Part shown: piece by piece, positions 54,668 through 64,244 of the stretch
Numbering within the stretch: the stretch's first letter is position 1
Layout of the letters: every line of letters starts with the position of its first letter
From: Hyalangium minutum
GTDB lineage: Bacteria; Myxococcota; Myxococcia; Myxococcales; Myxococcaceae
DNA length: 248,000 nucleotides
Direction: 5' to 3'
Assembly (NCBI RefSeq): GCF_000737315.1
Contig: NZ_JMCB01000002.1
Coordinates: forward strand, 268,001-516,000
Position numbers and translations under genes: made by a program
Notes under the pieces: generated by a model
Databases searched by the model: none
Seen by the model: only the letters and a program-made list of their open reading frames with translations
Told to the model about the DNA's origin: nothing

Positions 54668-55918
54668 TCAGGAAACGACCGGAGGCTGTTCCAGCTCCTG
54701 CTCCGTGGTCGCCACCGTGGACCGGCGGCGGAAGAAGCGCCGCCAGGAGAGGGTGAAGCCGGTCCACATCAGGAAGGCTCCCGCCAAGGAGGCCACTCCC
54801 GCGACGAGCTGGCCCGCCCACCCGAGCGCCTGTCCCGTGTGCAGGAAGCGCAGCCAGGTGCGGATCTGCCGGCCACTGTTGTAGTCAGCGAAGGTCTCCC
54901 GGCGCAGCACCTCCGCCGTGAAGGGATTGAGCGAGAGCTGCGCGGAAGCGAAGAGGGGCCATCCTCCCTGCTCCTTGATGGAGAAGGTCATGGCCTGCGG
55001 CCCGCGTGGACCTCCTTCGCGCGGGGCTCCTTCGCGTGGGCCACCCTCGCGCTGCCCTCCAGGCCGGGGGCCTCCGCCCATGCGCAGCGAGATGCTCTCC
55101 CAGGCGGGCACCTGCTTCTGGGCCTCCGCGAAAAGCGCGTCGACACCCAGGGGCGTGGCACCGGGAGGCGGCTCGGGCACCTTGACTGCGGTCTGCCCGA
55201 ACGGGCCCGAGTTGGCGGGCGGCTCATTCCCGGTGAGTGTGAAGATGAGGTCCGAGACCGCCTTGTAGGACATGACCACGCCCGACGCGGTCAGGACGAC
55301 GAGGATGGGCATGGCCCAGAAGCCCGCCGCGTTGTGCCAGTTGAAGTCTCGCGCCTTGCCCTTCAGCCCGCCCTTGAACCAGAGGACCGGGCGCACCGTC
55401 TTCCACGTCCACCTGCGAGGCCACCAGAGGTACAAGCCAGAGACAGCCAGGAACAGGAAGGCCGCATTGCAGACGCCGGTGACTCCTCGGCCCAGTGCGC
55501 GATGGTCCTCGGAGGTGGCCAGCCACCGGTGCAGTTCTTCCATTTGATGCAAGAAGGCACGCAGCCCTTTTCCTCCCTGCTCCCGGACGTCGCCCGTGTA
55601 GGGGTCCACGTAGACGCCGCTCCCGCGGCCCGTGCTCACCAGCACGGCGGACTCCGGATCGGCGTACACCGTCACGCCTTGAGGCTGCACCCCAGGCTTG
55701 GCCGCGCGCACTCGCGCCAACAGCTCTTCCACGGGGAGGCGGGCGGCTCCGGACGGGGGGGGCTGCACCTGCCGGGCCTCGCGATCCGCCCATTGCTCGA
55801 GCTGCGGCTCGAAGGCGAGCGCCGCTCCCGTCAGCGACATGAGGCCGATGATGATCCCAGCCACGAGGCCGGAGACCAGGTGCATCCAGAAGAGGATCGT
55901 GCGGAAGGTGCTTTTCAT
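54668..55918 (-). CDS. PepSY-associated TM protein (PiuB-like)
   Basis: FWMHL..GL, LHRWL, FNWHN..GFW, LHTG. Confidence 0.88.
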   Translation of the reverse strand: MKSTFRTILFWMHLVSGLVAGIIIGLMSLTGAALAFEPQLEQWADREARQVQPPPSGAARLPVEELLARVRAAKPGVQPQGVTVYADPESAVLVSTGRGSGVYVDPYTGDVREQGGKGLRAFLHQMEELHRWLATSEDHRALGRGVTGVCNAAFLFLAVSGLYLWWPRRWTWKTVRPVLWFKGGLKGKARDFNWHNAAGFWAMPILVVLTASGVVMSYKAVSDLIFTLTGNEPPANSGPFGQTAVKVPEPPPGATPLGVDALFAEAQKQVPAWESISLRMGGGPRPGGQREGGPREGAPREGGPRGPQAMTFSIKEQGGWPLFASAQLSLNPFTAEVLRRETFADYNSGRQIRTWLRFLHTGQALGWAGQLVAGVASLAGAFLMWTGFTLSWRRFFRRRSTVATTEQELEQPPVVS

Positions 55919-55919
55919 G

Positions 55920-56681
55920 TCACTTGAGGGAGAACTGGACGGGGATGTCGACGATCACTCGCACCAGCCGGCCGTGCCGTCCGAGGGCGGGGGAGAAGCG
56001 CCACTGACGGACGGCGGCCAGGGCGGCCGCGTCGAGCTCCGGCACCGAGCGGATGATGCGCAGGCTCTCGGGTTCGACGCGCCCATCGATCCCAATGATG
56101 ATGCGGACCAGGACCAGCCCCTCGATGCCTTGGGAGCGGGCCGGCCGGGGATATTGAGGGAGGACCTGCTGGAGCACGGTGGGCGGACGCGACACCTGCT
56201 TCACGTCAACCGCCTCGCCGCCCGAGGCGACTCCCAGCCCCGTGCCAACACCTTCCTTCGCAGCGGAGTTCACGAGGCCCGCGACCACCGCTCCCATCGC
56301 TCCGGTTCCCGCCGCGGACTCAGGCTCTTCGAGGGCAGGGGCTTCCTCCTGCGGGGCTTGCTCCACTTCTTCAGGGACGGGCGCCTTCTCCGGCAGGGGC
56401 GCTGGCACCTGCGGTGGCGGCTTGAGACGAGCAGGGCGTGCACGGGCCCTGGTCATCACTCGCTGGGGCACTGCCGCTGGCGCGGCAGGGGCCGGGGCCG
56501 CCGCAGGGGGCGCCATGAAGGTGAGGAGTACCAACGGCGGGTCCTCGGGAGGTGGCGCTGTCTGCGGGGAGAGGCGGGGAACCCAAAGCACGGCCAAGAC
56601 CGCCCCGACGTGGACGAACGCGGCGATCATCAAGGCCCATCCCCAGCGCTCCCAGTCGCTCGCCCCAGCCGCATGGCCCAT
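55920..56681 (-). CDS. tonB: Energy transducer TonB
   Basis: TM anchor, Pro-rich linker, YP..AR..GIEG.V TonB_C. Confidence 0.88.
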   Translation of the reverse strand: MGHAAGASDWERWGWALMIAAFVHVGAVLAVLWVPRLSPQTAPPPEDPPLVLLTFMAPPAAAPAPAAPAAVPQRVMTRARARPARLKPPPQVPAPLPEKAPVPEEVEQAPQEEAPALEEPESAAGTGAMGAVVAGLVNSAAKEGVGTGLGVASGGEAVDVKQVSRPPTVLQQVLPQYPRPARSQGIEGLVLVRIIIGIDGRVEPESLRIIRSVPELDAAALAAVRQWRFSPALGRHGRLVRVIVDIPVQFSLK

Positions 56682-56762
56682 GCGGAAGAGCCCCGCTGCG
56701 TCTCTCGCGCCCGCTCTCTGCGCGAGGGCCGGACCCTGGCCGTACGGTTCGAAAGGCGTGAT

Positions 56763-56781
56763 ATTGAGAATCGTTCTCAAT
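56763..56781. promoter_or_regulatory. Fur box
   Basis: Near-perfect palindrome ATTGAGAATCGTTCTCAAT upstream of tonB operon. Confidence 0.65.
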
Positions 56782-56916
56782 TTCATTGCTCCCACAAGTA
56801 TCTTGGGGGAGCGGTTGCGTCAACCCTGCCTGGATCAAAATGGTTGGCGCGGGACGAGGGAGGAAGTCCATGCCTACTGCGAGTGTTCTGATCACCCGAA
56901 CTTGGGGTGAAGACCT

Positions 56917-57978
56917 TCAGGGCTTGGGGACAAAGCCGAGCAAGGTCCGGGGGAACTTGTCAGTCACCAGCAGGAAGCCCCGGTCCTCCAGCCGCACCAC
57001 GCCCTCCCAGTTCCGGGCTGCTTCATTGGAGAGCTGGAGCTGAAGGGGTGGCCTGTCTGTGAGCACGATGCCGCCTGGAGTGACTTGGAGTTCGATGAGC
57101 CGTTCCACCTGGGGCTTCTGCGCTTGGGTCGGTCCGGTGCCATACCGGGCCATGAGCGGATCCGGCGCCGGCTTGAAGTGTTTCTGAGTGCCTGGGTAGT
57201 TGTAGTTCATCACCCAGAACCGGCCCGTCGCATCCAGCGAGGTGGCATCGGTGATGCGGTACTCGATCGCGGGCAGCGTGAGCTTTCCGGAATGGCCCAA
57301 CGAGCCATCGAAGCTCTCGGCGGCCGGCGCCGGGTTCACACGGGCCCCATTCGCTTCGTACAGGGCCAGCACCCGGTTCTCGCCTACCACCAGCGCCTCG
57401 AAGCCCGCGTTCGATACGTCGGCTGGCAAGGGCAGAACCGCCTGAGGTGAAGCCTCGAGCTTCAGCACGCTCAGATCCGGCGCGATGCGGCCGGTGACCA
57501 GGAACGCCTTCCCGGCGAGCCGGTGGGTCTCCACGGTCAGATACGCCTGCTCCCCGGAGAAGCCGAGCGCCTCGTAGCCTTCAAAGCCGGTGATGCGCTT
57601 CTCGAGGCCGCCGCTGTCGAACACGATGCAGCGAGGCTCCAGCGGCCCCGTCGCGGTGTGATCGATCCGCGCGAGGAGTTCCGCTTTCGAGACGGTGTAG
57701 AGGCAGGCGGGGCCGTCATCCTCCCAGCCGGGATATTGCGGCAGCATGACGAGGTGATCGCCGTACCACGCGAGCCCCGAGAGCTCGGCGTCTTCGCTCT
57801 GAAGCGCGCCACCCAGGGGCAGGAGGGTGACGATTTGCTCCGGCGCTGTCCCCCGTAACGCCGGAGGCACATCCGCTAGAGCCACCGGCTGGGAAGAGCT
57901 CGAGACACACCCGGCCATGGCCAGGGAGAGAACGAGCGCGCGAACCGTCCAGCGCACCTGGTTTCTGTCTCGTGTCAT
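56917..57978 (-). CDS. Hypothetical lipoprotein, probable beta-propeller
   Basis: Lipobox MAGC; ELSGL, FEGYEAL, NWEGV repeats. Confidence 0.65.
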   Translation of the reverse strand: MTRDRNQVRWTVRALVLSLAMAGCVSSSSQPVALADVPPALRGTAPEQIVTLLPLGGALQSEDAELSGLAWYGDHLVMLPQYPGWEDDGPACLYTVSKAELLARIDHTATGPLEPRCIVFDSGGLEKRITGFEGYEALGFSGEQAYLTVETHRLAGKAFLVTGRIAPDLSVLKLEASPQAVLPLPADVSNAGFEALVVGENRVLALYEANGARVNPAPAAESFDGSLGHSGKLTLPAIEYRITDATSLDATGRFWVMNYNYPGTQKHFKPAPDPLMARYGTGPTQAQKPQVERLIELQVTPGGIVLTDRPPLQLQLSNEAARNWEGVVRLEDRGFLLVTDKFPRTLLGFVPKP

Positions 57979-58008
57979 GTTTCGCCCTGACCCGGTTTCT
58001 TCGGTGGC

Positions 58009-59022
58009 TCAGGCGCGCTCGAAGCGGACCTGCGCACGGCTCATCACGTGCTCCACCACCAGCAGGTGCCACGCCACTTGATCGATGCGCGCCATCTGCT
58101 GGGGCTCGGCGCGCAGGGACTGCGCCAGCTCCTCCATCGTCACTCCCGCCGCGGCCGCATGCTCTCGAAGCAGCGCCTCCACGCGCTCGGGAGTCAGGGT
58201 GAGCCCGTCCCGCTCGCGGATGGCGGCCAAGGCCAGGCCGATCCTCAGCCGGTTCTCCACTTCGGCGCGGGTCCGTGCGTCGCGAAGCCAGGTCTGGAGC
58301 GACTCCTGCTGCTGCTCCGGGGAAAGCTCCAGCTCGCGGACGGTAATGCCCTCGCTGGCGTTCCAGCGCGCGATGATTTCCCGGTCGATGAGCTCGGGAG
58401 GAACCTTCACCTCGGTGCGCGCGGCCACCTCGTCCAGCACCCGCTGCTGGGCCAGGAGCCCCAACTGCTGCACCGTCTCTTGCTCCATTTGCTGGTACAC
58501 GCTGCGCATGGCCTCCGCCAGGGTCGCGCCGCGGCCCAGCGCTTGGAGGAACTCCGGGCTCTCCAGATCGGGGTACGTCACCTGGCGCGCTGCGTGGATT
58601 TGAACCATGAAGCGGGCGGGCATGTTGCGCAGCGTCTCGACGGGGTAATCGGCCGGCAACGTGACGTCCACCGCCACGGTCTTGTTGGGGGTGTGGCCAA
58701 CGAGGGCCTCGTACAACCCGGGGAGCTGGGGCTCGGGCAGCAGGGGCAGCCACACCTCTTTGCGGGCACTGAAAGGCACGAGGCGGCCGTTCGAGAAGCC
58801 CACGATGCTCAGCAGCACCTCGTCCTTCCAGGCCACCGGCTCGTTGGGGTACCGGTAGCGCTCGTTGGCGAGCGGTCGCGCCAGCTCGAGGAAGCGCTGC
58901 TGGACTTGCTCCGCGGTGAAATCCTTGGGGGCGGGGACCGTGACTTCCAGTCCCTCCAGGGAGGGCGCCTTGGCCCGAGGCAGCTTCGCCTCGGCCAGAT
59001 CGGGAACAACGAAGCGACTCAT
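58009..59022 (-). CDS. Trigger-factor-like protein (FKBP-like plus C-terminal chaperone domains)
   Basis: V.VTLPADYPVE.LR...ARF; EV..P.ELIDREI; no GFRxGxxP ribosome-binding motif. Confidence 0.75.
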   Translation of the reverse strand: MSRFVVPDLAEAKLPRAKAPSLEGLEVTVPAPKDFTAEQVQQRFLELARPLANERYRYPNEPVAWKDEVLLSIVGFSNGRLVPFSARKEVWLPLLPEPQLPGLYEALVGHTPNKTVAVDVTLPADYPVETLRNMPARFMVQIHAARQVTYPDLESPEFLQALGRGATLAEAMRSVYQQMEQETVQQLGLLAQQRVLDEVAARTEVKVPPELIDREIIARWNASEGITVRELELSPEQQQESLQTWLRDARTRAEVENRLRIGLALAAIRERDGLTLTPERVEALLREHAAAAGVTMEELAQSLRAEPQQMARIDQVAWHLLVVEHVMSRAQVRFERA

Positions 59023-59070
59023 GGAAGGCTCCTCCTGGAGGGGGGCAGGGATCCGCCGCCGGCCCTGAGC

Positions 59071-60096
59071 TTAGCCGTTCTTCTTCGGGAGGAACGCACC
59101 GACGAGGGAGGAGACCGCCGAGATCCCCGCGCCCACCTGCGAGACGATGGGGATGTTGGTGGCGGCGGCGACGGAGCCCGCGGCCGAGATGGTGGAGGTC
59201 ACCTTGGCGCCCGTGGAGGACTTGGGGTCCGCCCAGGTGCGCGCCGCCTGGCCGACGTCCAGCGCCGCCAGACCGATGTTGAGGCCCGGCACGAAGCGGC
59301 CGGCCACCTTCGCCGCGGTGCCCGCGCCCTTGGCGCCCGCCTTCACGCCATCCAGCGCCGCGTCGGCCGCCTGGGTCACTTTGGCCGCGTTGCCCGCGCC
59401 GCCCGCGGCCTTCTCACCCGACTTGATGACCTTGCCCTCGATCTTCCCGGCCAGCCCGCCCAGGTGCCCCTTGTGCAGCAGCTCCGCCACGGCCATGCCG
59501 GCGCCGGCGATCCCGCCCTTGATGGCGCTCTTGTCCTTGAGGACCGAGGCCATCGCGTCCGCGTGGCGCAAGGGCCCGCCCTTGTGAGCGGCCTCGGCGG
59601 CCGCGTTGGCCACCGCGCCCGACAGCGGGCCGGCCTTGCCGCCCACCAGGTCCTTGGCCACCTGACCCAGCTTGTCGAAGCTCTTGGCGGAGGAGAAGGC
59701 GGCGGCAGTCTCGAGCGCGCCCTTGGTGGTGCCCAGCACGCCGCGCGCCAGGCCCATGGCGTTCTCCGCGATGGCATGGCCGTCACCGCTCTTCACCGCC
59801 TGCGCCAGCCCGTTGGCGTTGGTGCCGATGCCGACGACGCCGCCCGCCAGGCCCGCGGCGCCCAGGCCCCGGCCCGCCAGGCCCGTGCCACCGTTGTGGT
59901 AGTTCTGGGTCATCGTCTTCCCCGGAGAGAAGAAGTCCTTCGCGTTGAAGGGGGCGGTGGGCGGCTTGACGGTGGTGGCCGGGGGAGGAGACAGCGGCTT
60001 GGCCTTGTCCAGCGCAGGCTTGGTGAAGTCCGAGGAGGGCGTGGTGGTGGAGGGCTGGGGACGGGGAGCAACGGGGCTGGAGTTGATCGTGGTCAT
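59071..60096 (-). CDS. Gly/Ala-rich hypothetical protein, candidate secreted effector/translocator
   Basis: S/T/P-rich N-terminus, amphipathic G/A helices, hydrophobic C-terminus. Confidence 0.6.
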   Translation of the reverse strand: MTTINSSPVAPRPQPSTTTPSSDFTKPALDKAKPLSPPPATTVKPPTAPFNAKDFFSPGKTMTQNYHNGGTGLAGRGLGAAGLAGGVVGIGTNANGLAQAVKSGDGHAIAENAMGLARGVLGTTKGALETAAAFSSAKSFDKLGQVAKDLVGGKAGPLSGAVANAAAEAAHKGGPLRHADAMASVLKDKSAIKGGIAGAGMAVAELLHKGHLGGLAGKIEGKVIKSGEKAAGGAGNAAKVTQAADAALDGVKAGAKGAGTAAKVAGRFVPGLNIGLAALDVGQAARTWADPKSSTGAKVTSTISAAGSVAAATNIPIVSQVGAGISAVSSLVGAFLPKKNG

Positions 60097-60474
60097 GGCG
60101 GCATCCTCGGAGTGGCGGGGGGCTTGGAAGGGGTGGGAGTCAGTGGCTGACGGACATGAGCATTAGCAGGAGGTGTGCCAACGCCCCCTGCATCCCACAG
60201 TGGCCCCCTAACCCAGCCATTTTCCAAGAGAAGCGCTCGAGAGCCACCGGCTTGGGGGGCTTCTGGTTTACTTCCCTGGCGGGCTTCCCGGGACTCCAGT
60301 CATCAGCCGAGGCCCCTTTACCGTGGGACTCCAGTCATCGGCTGATGAGTCCAGTCACCAAGCGGGACTCGAGGCGGGTGGCGGGCTCGGCCAGGAAACT
60401 GGATACGGCAGAGTGGACATGGGTTGGATGAGCCCTGAGTCTCGCCAGTCATTGGCTCACCCCCGAGGCATCTC

Positions 60475-62775
60475 TTGAAAACTCTCTCCCGGCACCTGTT
60501 CTGGGTGCTCGCGCTGGCGTTGCTCGCGAGCTGCTCTGCGTCTTCTCCCGCCCCTGGCGCTGCCCAGTTCGCTGTCTCCCTCCCCCAGGCCCTCTCCTCC
60601 AGCGACGTGACCCGTATTCGGGTGACGGTCTCCGCCTCCGATATGGAGGCCCTCTCCGTCGAGCTCGCCAAATCCAACGGTGCCTGGGGAGGCCTCATCG
60701 GCAATCTCCCCGCGGGCGCCAACCGCTCCTTTCTCGCCCAGGCCTTCGACTCCTCCGGCGCGCTCCTCTTCCAGGGCCAGACGTCCGGCGTCTCCATCGC
60801 TCCCAACCAGACCACCGCCGTCGCCCTGACCCTCCAACAGGTGTCTGCGCCTCCTCCCTATGGCAACGAGGCTCCCATCATTGACTCCCTCGTCGCCTCG
60901 TCGACCTCTGTGCTCACCGGTGGCGCTCTCTCCCTGACGGCCACCGTGCATGATCCCAATCCTGGCGACACCCTCACCCTGAACTGGACAGCCTCCGGCG
61001 GCTCCTTCTCTGCGCCTTCCGCTCTGGACACGTCCTGGACGGCGCCTGCTTCCGCGGGCATCCAGACCCTCATCCTCACGGTGACCGACTCCCAGGGGGC
61101 TGCTGTCTCTGTCTCCCTGGCGGTCAACGTCTCCAGCGCCTCCACGGGCAACGCCGCCCTGAACATCTCCTTCAACCTCTGGCCCACGGTCTCCCGGGTG
61201 TCGGCCTCCCTGAGCCGCCTCGACGCAGGACAGTCCACCACTGTCTCTGTCTTGGCCTCCGATGGGGATGGCGATGGCCTGTCCTACCAGTGGACTTCTT
61301 CTTGCCCGGGCACCTGGACGGACGCCTCCTTCAGCACGGCCTCCTTCGTCCCTTCCTCGGTGCCGGCCGGTGCGTGTAACAACTGCCAGCTCACCGTCAC
61401 CGTCCAGGACAGCCGGGGAGGGCAGACCACGGGCTCCCTCGCCTTGTGCGTCGCTTCCGCTTCCATGGAGCGCTTCCCCCCGCGCATCTCCCATCTCTAC
61501 CAGTCCGCCACCTCCACCGCTCCGGGCCAGACGGTCACCTTCGAGGTCACCGCCCTGGATCCCCAGGCCAGCTCCCTGACGTTCACGTGGAGCGCTACCA
61601 CTGGCTCCCTGGGCACACCGGTGAACGGCGCCTCCTCCAGCCACGTCACCTGGACGGCCCCCTCCTGTGCCTCCGGCGGCATGACCCCTGGCATTACCGC
61701 CACCGTCACCAACGCCTTCCACCTCTCCGCCACACAGAATTTCCGGGTGGAAGGAGTGCCCGCCTGTCCTTCGGGATGGACCTCGACGCAAGCCATGAGC
61801 TTGCCTCGCTACCACCACACGGCGACGCTGCTGCCCAACGGCAAGGTCCTCGTCGCGGGTGGAGTCTTTGTCAGCGCTCATGCGATGGCCGAGGTCTATG
61901 ACCCGGCCTCGGGCACTTGGAGCGCGACGGGCTCCATGGCCCAGGGTCGTTACATCCACACGGCGACGCTGCTGCCCAATGGCAAGGTCCTCGTCACGGG
62001 TGGCTCCAACGGCGTGGCGTCCTTGGCGACGGCGGAGGTGTATGACCCAGCCTCGGGCACCTGGAGCGCGACGGGCCCCATGGCTTCGCCTCGCAGCGAG
62101 CACACGGCGACGCTGCTGCCCAATGGCAAGGTCCTCATCGCGGGCGGATACACGAACCCGGGCACCCATTCCTCCAGTTCCCTGGTGACGGCGGAGGTGT
62201 ACGACCCGGCCTCGGGCACCTGGAGCACGGCCGGCGCCATGGCCACGCCTCGATCCGTCCACACAGCGACGCTGCTGCCCAACGGCAAGGTCCTCGTCAC
62301 GGGGGGCTCGAACAGCGATTTCCTGGCGACAGCGGAGGTGTACGACCCGGCTTCGGGCACCTGGAGCACGGCCGGCGCCATGGCCTCGCCCCGCCGGTAC
62401 CACACAGCGGCGCTGTTACCCAACGGCAAGGTTCTCATCGCGGGCGGATACAGCAGCCCCATCTTCGCGACGGCAGAGGTATACGACCCGGTCTCGGGCA
62501 CCTGGAGCATGACGGGCTCCATGGTCACACCCCGCTACCTCCACACGGTGACGCTGCTGCAAAGCGGCAAGGTGCTCGTCGCGGGGGGAGCCAATGGCCT
62601 CAACCACAGGGAAGCGGAGGCATATGACCCGGCTTCAGGCACCTGGAGTGCGGTCCCTTCCATGATCCATGTCCGCCGCAGCCACGCGGCGGCGCTGCTG
62701 CAAGACGGCAGGGTTCTCATCTCCGGCGGATATAATGGCGGTGGTTTCCCAGATGCGGAGCTGTACTCACCCTGA
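60475..62775 (+). CDS. Ig-like plus Kelch-repeat lipoprotein (paralog of 46238..48490)
   Basis: Lipobox LASC; six HTATLLPNGKVL...AEVYDPASGTWS-type repeats. Confidence 0.88.
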   Translation: MKTLSRHLFWVLALALLASCSASSPAPGAAQFAVSLPQALSSSDVTRIRVTVSASDMEALSVELAKSNGAWGGLIGNLPAGANRSFLAQAFDSSGALLFQGQTSGVSIAPNQTTAVALTLQQVSAPPPYGNEAPIIDSLVASSTSVLTGGALSLTATVHDPNPGDTLTLNWTASGGSFSAPSALDTSWTAPASAGIQTLILTVTDSQGAAVSVSLAVNVSSASTGNAALNISFNLWPTVSRVSASLSRLDAGQSTTVSVLASDGDGDGLSYQWTSSCPGTWTDASFSTASFVPSSVPAGACNNCQLTVTVQDSRGGQTTGSLALCVASASMERFPPRISHLYQSATSTAPGQTVTFEVTALDPQASSLTFTWSATTGSLGTPVNGASSSHVTWTAPSCASGGMTPGITATVTNAFHLSATQNFRVEGVPACPSGWTSTQAMSLPRYHHTATLLPNGKVLVAGGVFVSAHAMAEVYDPASGTWSATGSMAQGRYIHTATLLPNGKVLVTGGSNGVASLATAEVYDPASGTWSATGPMASPRSEHTATLLPNGKVLIAGGYTNPGTHSSSSLVTAEVYDPASGTWSTAGAMATPRSVHTATLLPNGKVLVTGGSNSDFLATAEVYDPASGTWSTAGAMASPRRYHTAALLPNGKVLIAGGYSSPIFATAEVYDPVSGTWSMTGSMVTPRYLHTVTLLQSGKVLVAGGANGLNHREAEAYDPASGTWSAVPSMIHVRRSHAAALLQDGRVLISGGYNGGGFPDAELYSP

Positions 62776-62813
62776 AGACATTCAAGCGGGGCAGAGCCGA
62801 GGCCGGGCTCTGT

Positions 62814-62834
62814 GTGGAGGCGGCGGGAATCGAA
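62814..62834 (-). mobile_element. att-like tmRNA 3' fragment ending at the T-loop
   Basis: GTGGAGGCGGCGGGAATCGAA; identity to the 49006 copy stops exactly after the 7-nt loop. Confidence 0.6.
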
Positions 62835-62859
62835 GGCGTGCTCATCTGCTTGAAAGGAC

Positions 62860-63594
62860 GTGGCCATGCGTTTCCGAACGTGCAGCGCACTCCTGTTTCT
62901 CCTCTCGGCCTGCGCCACGACAGAGCCGAGCATCGGAGAACTGGAGGGCCCTGATCCGAGGTTCGCCAACCTTCAGCGGGCGGCGCAGTACCCCTGGACG
63001 GATGACGGGCATTGCGTGGTGCGGGAAGCCTCTCACGAATGGCCGATTCTGGCGGAGCGGTGCTTTCACGCTCTCGATCACGACAGGGTCAAGTTTCGGG
63101 ATGTCGCCGGAAGATGCGCTGTCGCCTCTGCGGGTGCGGCGGCCGTAGGCGTGGGGCTCTGCGTCTTTGTGGCACCCGAGATCATTGTTGGAGCGGTGAT
63201 CATCGCTGGCGTTGTCGTGGTGGCTGTTGCCATCAAAGGCGAGTTGGATGCATACGAGCGAAGGGCATCTCGTGATCGTGCGAGGACCGAGGCTCAAACA
63301 CGGCCATCCCATGAGCAGGAGCCCTCGGCGAATCGAAAGCCCAGCCCCAAAAATCAACCCGACCCCGAGAGACGCCCGAAGCCGTTCATTCACCCCAATC
63401 CCACTCCGGAGGAACGGGAGGAATGGAGGAAGCGGTGTCTTGACTATTACGTGCGCTGTAGCGAGTTCGTGAAAGGGGATAAGCAGTGGCGCGTCTTCGG
63501 GGAGCGCCAGTGTCAATCGTGCTGGTTGCTTTGCGAGCGTACAGGTCAGTGGCCAGCAGAAGCGAACGAGAGACCCTGCCCAGGAGGTGATTGA
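62860..63594 (+). CDS. SitA3-like lipoprotein toxin with Cys-rich C-terminus
   Basis: Lipobox LSAC; NLQRAAQYPWTD.G.C N-terminal module; six-Cys tail. Confidence 0.7.
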   Translation: MAMRFRTCSALLFLLSACATTEPSIGELEGPDPRFANLQRAAQYPWTDDGHCVVREASHEWPILAERCFHALDHDRVKFRDVAGRCAVASAGAAAVGVGLCVFVAPEIIVGAVIIAGVVVVAVAIKGELDAYERRASRDRARTEAQTRPSHEQEPSANRKPSPKNQPDPERRPKPFIHPNPTPEEREEWRKRCLDYYVRCSEFVKGDKQWRVFGERQCQSCWLLCERTGQWPAEANERPCPGGD

Positions 63595-64085
63595 CCGTGA
63601 GGCGCACGCGCGAAGACTGGTGGAAGAGCGTCGCTGAGCGACGCGACGATCACTTGATCAAGCTCTTGAAGGCCAAGGCGCCCTGGCCGGACTTCAAGCA
63701 GGCGATCCGTGCTCAAGAGGCAGAACTGATCCGGGAGGCGCAGACGCCCGTTGAACGGCGGCACATCCAACAGCTTTCCATGCCGGTGCTGCTGACCGAG
63801 GCTTACGCGAGGGGTCTTGAGTGGGACGAATTTGGCCCACTGGTGCGCCGTATTCAGCGGCTCGGCTACGCAGACATGACCCACCGGATCCACGTGGCGT
63901 GTCTCTTTGTCCAATCATTGCCCCGTTTTCCAGAGCGAGCCCGGCAAGCGTTCGCCATGCTTGATGGAGTGGAGGGGAGCCTCAAGCGCATCCGCAAGAG
64001 TCACTACCTACGTAAAGAAGGGATGGAGGGTATAGCCCATGCGCGCGCTGTGGCGGCAGCCGCTGGCATTTCATCGCCAAAGTAG
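63591..64085 (+). CDS. Putative cognate immunity protein
   Basis: 4-bp overlap with toxin stop; small helical protein. Confidence 0.6.
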   Translation: MTVRRTREDWWKSVAERRDDHLIKLLKAKAPWPDFKQAIRAQEAELIREAQTPVERRHIQQLSMPVLLTEAYARGLEWDEFGPLVRRIQRLGYADMTHRIHVACLFVQSLPRFPERARQAFAMLDGVEGSLKRIRKSHYLRKEGMEGIAHARAVAAAAGISSPK

Positions 64086-64185
64086 GTGATCCAGAAGTAT
64101 GGGACATGGCACCATCTGCGGCTTGCGCCATACGTGCACCATGGATGGAGGAAGCCGCTAACCATCCGTAGCCACGGAGTGAAAA

Positions 64186-64211
64186 GTGGAAGCGGCGGCA
64201 ATCGAACCCGC
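64186..64211 (-). mobile_element. Degenerate att-like tmRNA 3' fragment
   Basis: GTGGAAGCGGCGGCAATCGAACCCGC, 2 mismatches to the 49006 copy. Confidence 0.55.
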
Positions 64212-64244
64212 TTCCGCGTGACGAGAAGGCAGGATGGAGTTGGA

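Noticed and set aside
61790-62760. Near-identical DNA repeats as a mobile element
   Set aside because: They are Kelch-repeat coding units; same for 47.5-48.5 kb, 105.9-106.9 kb and 188.1-189.1 kb.
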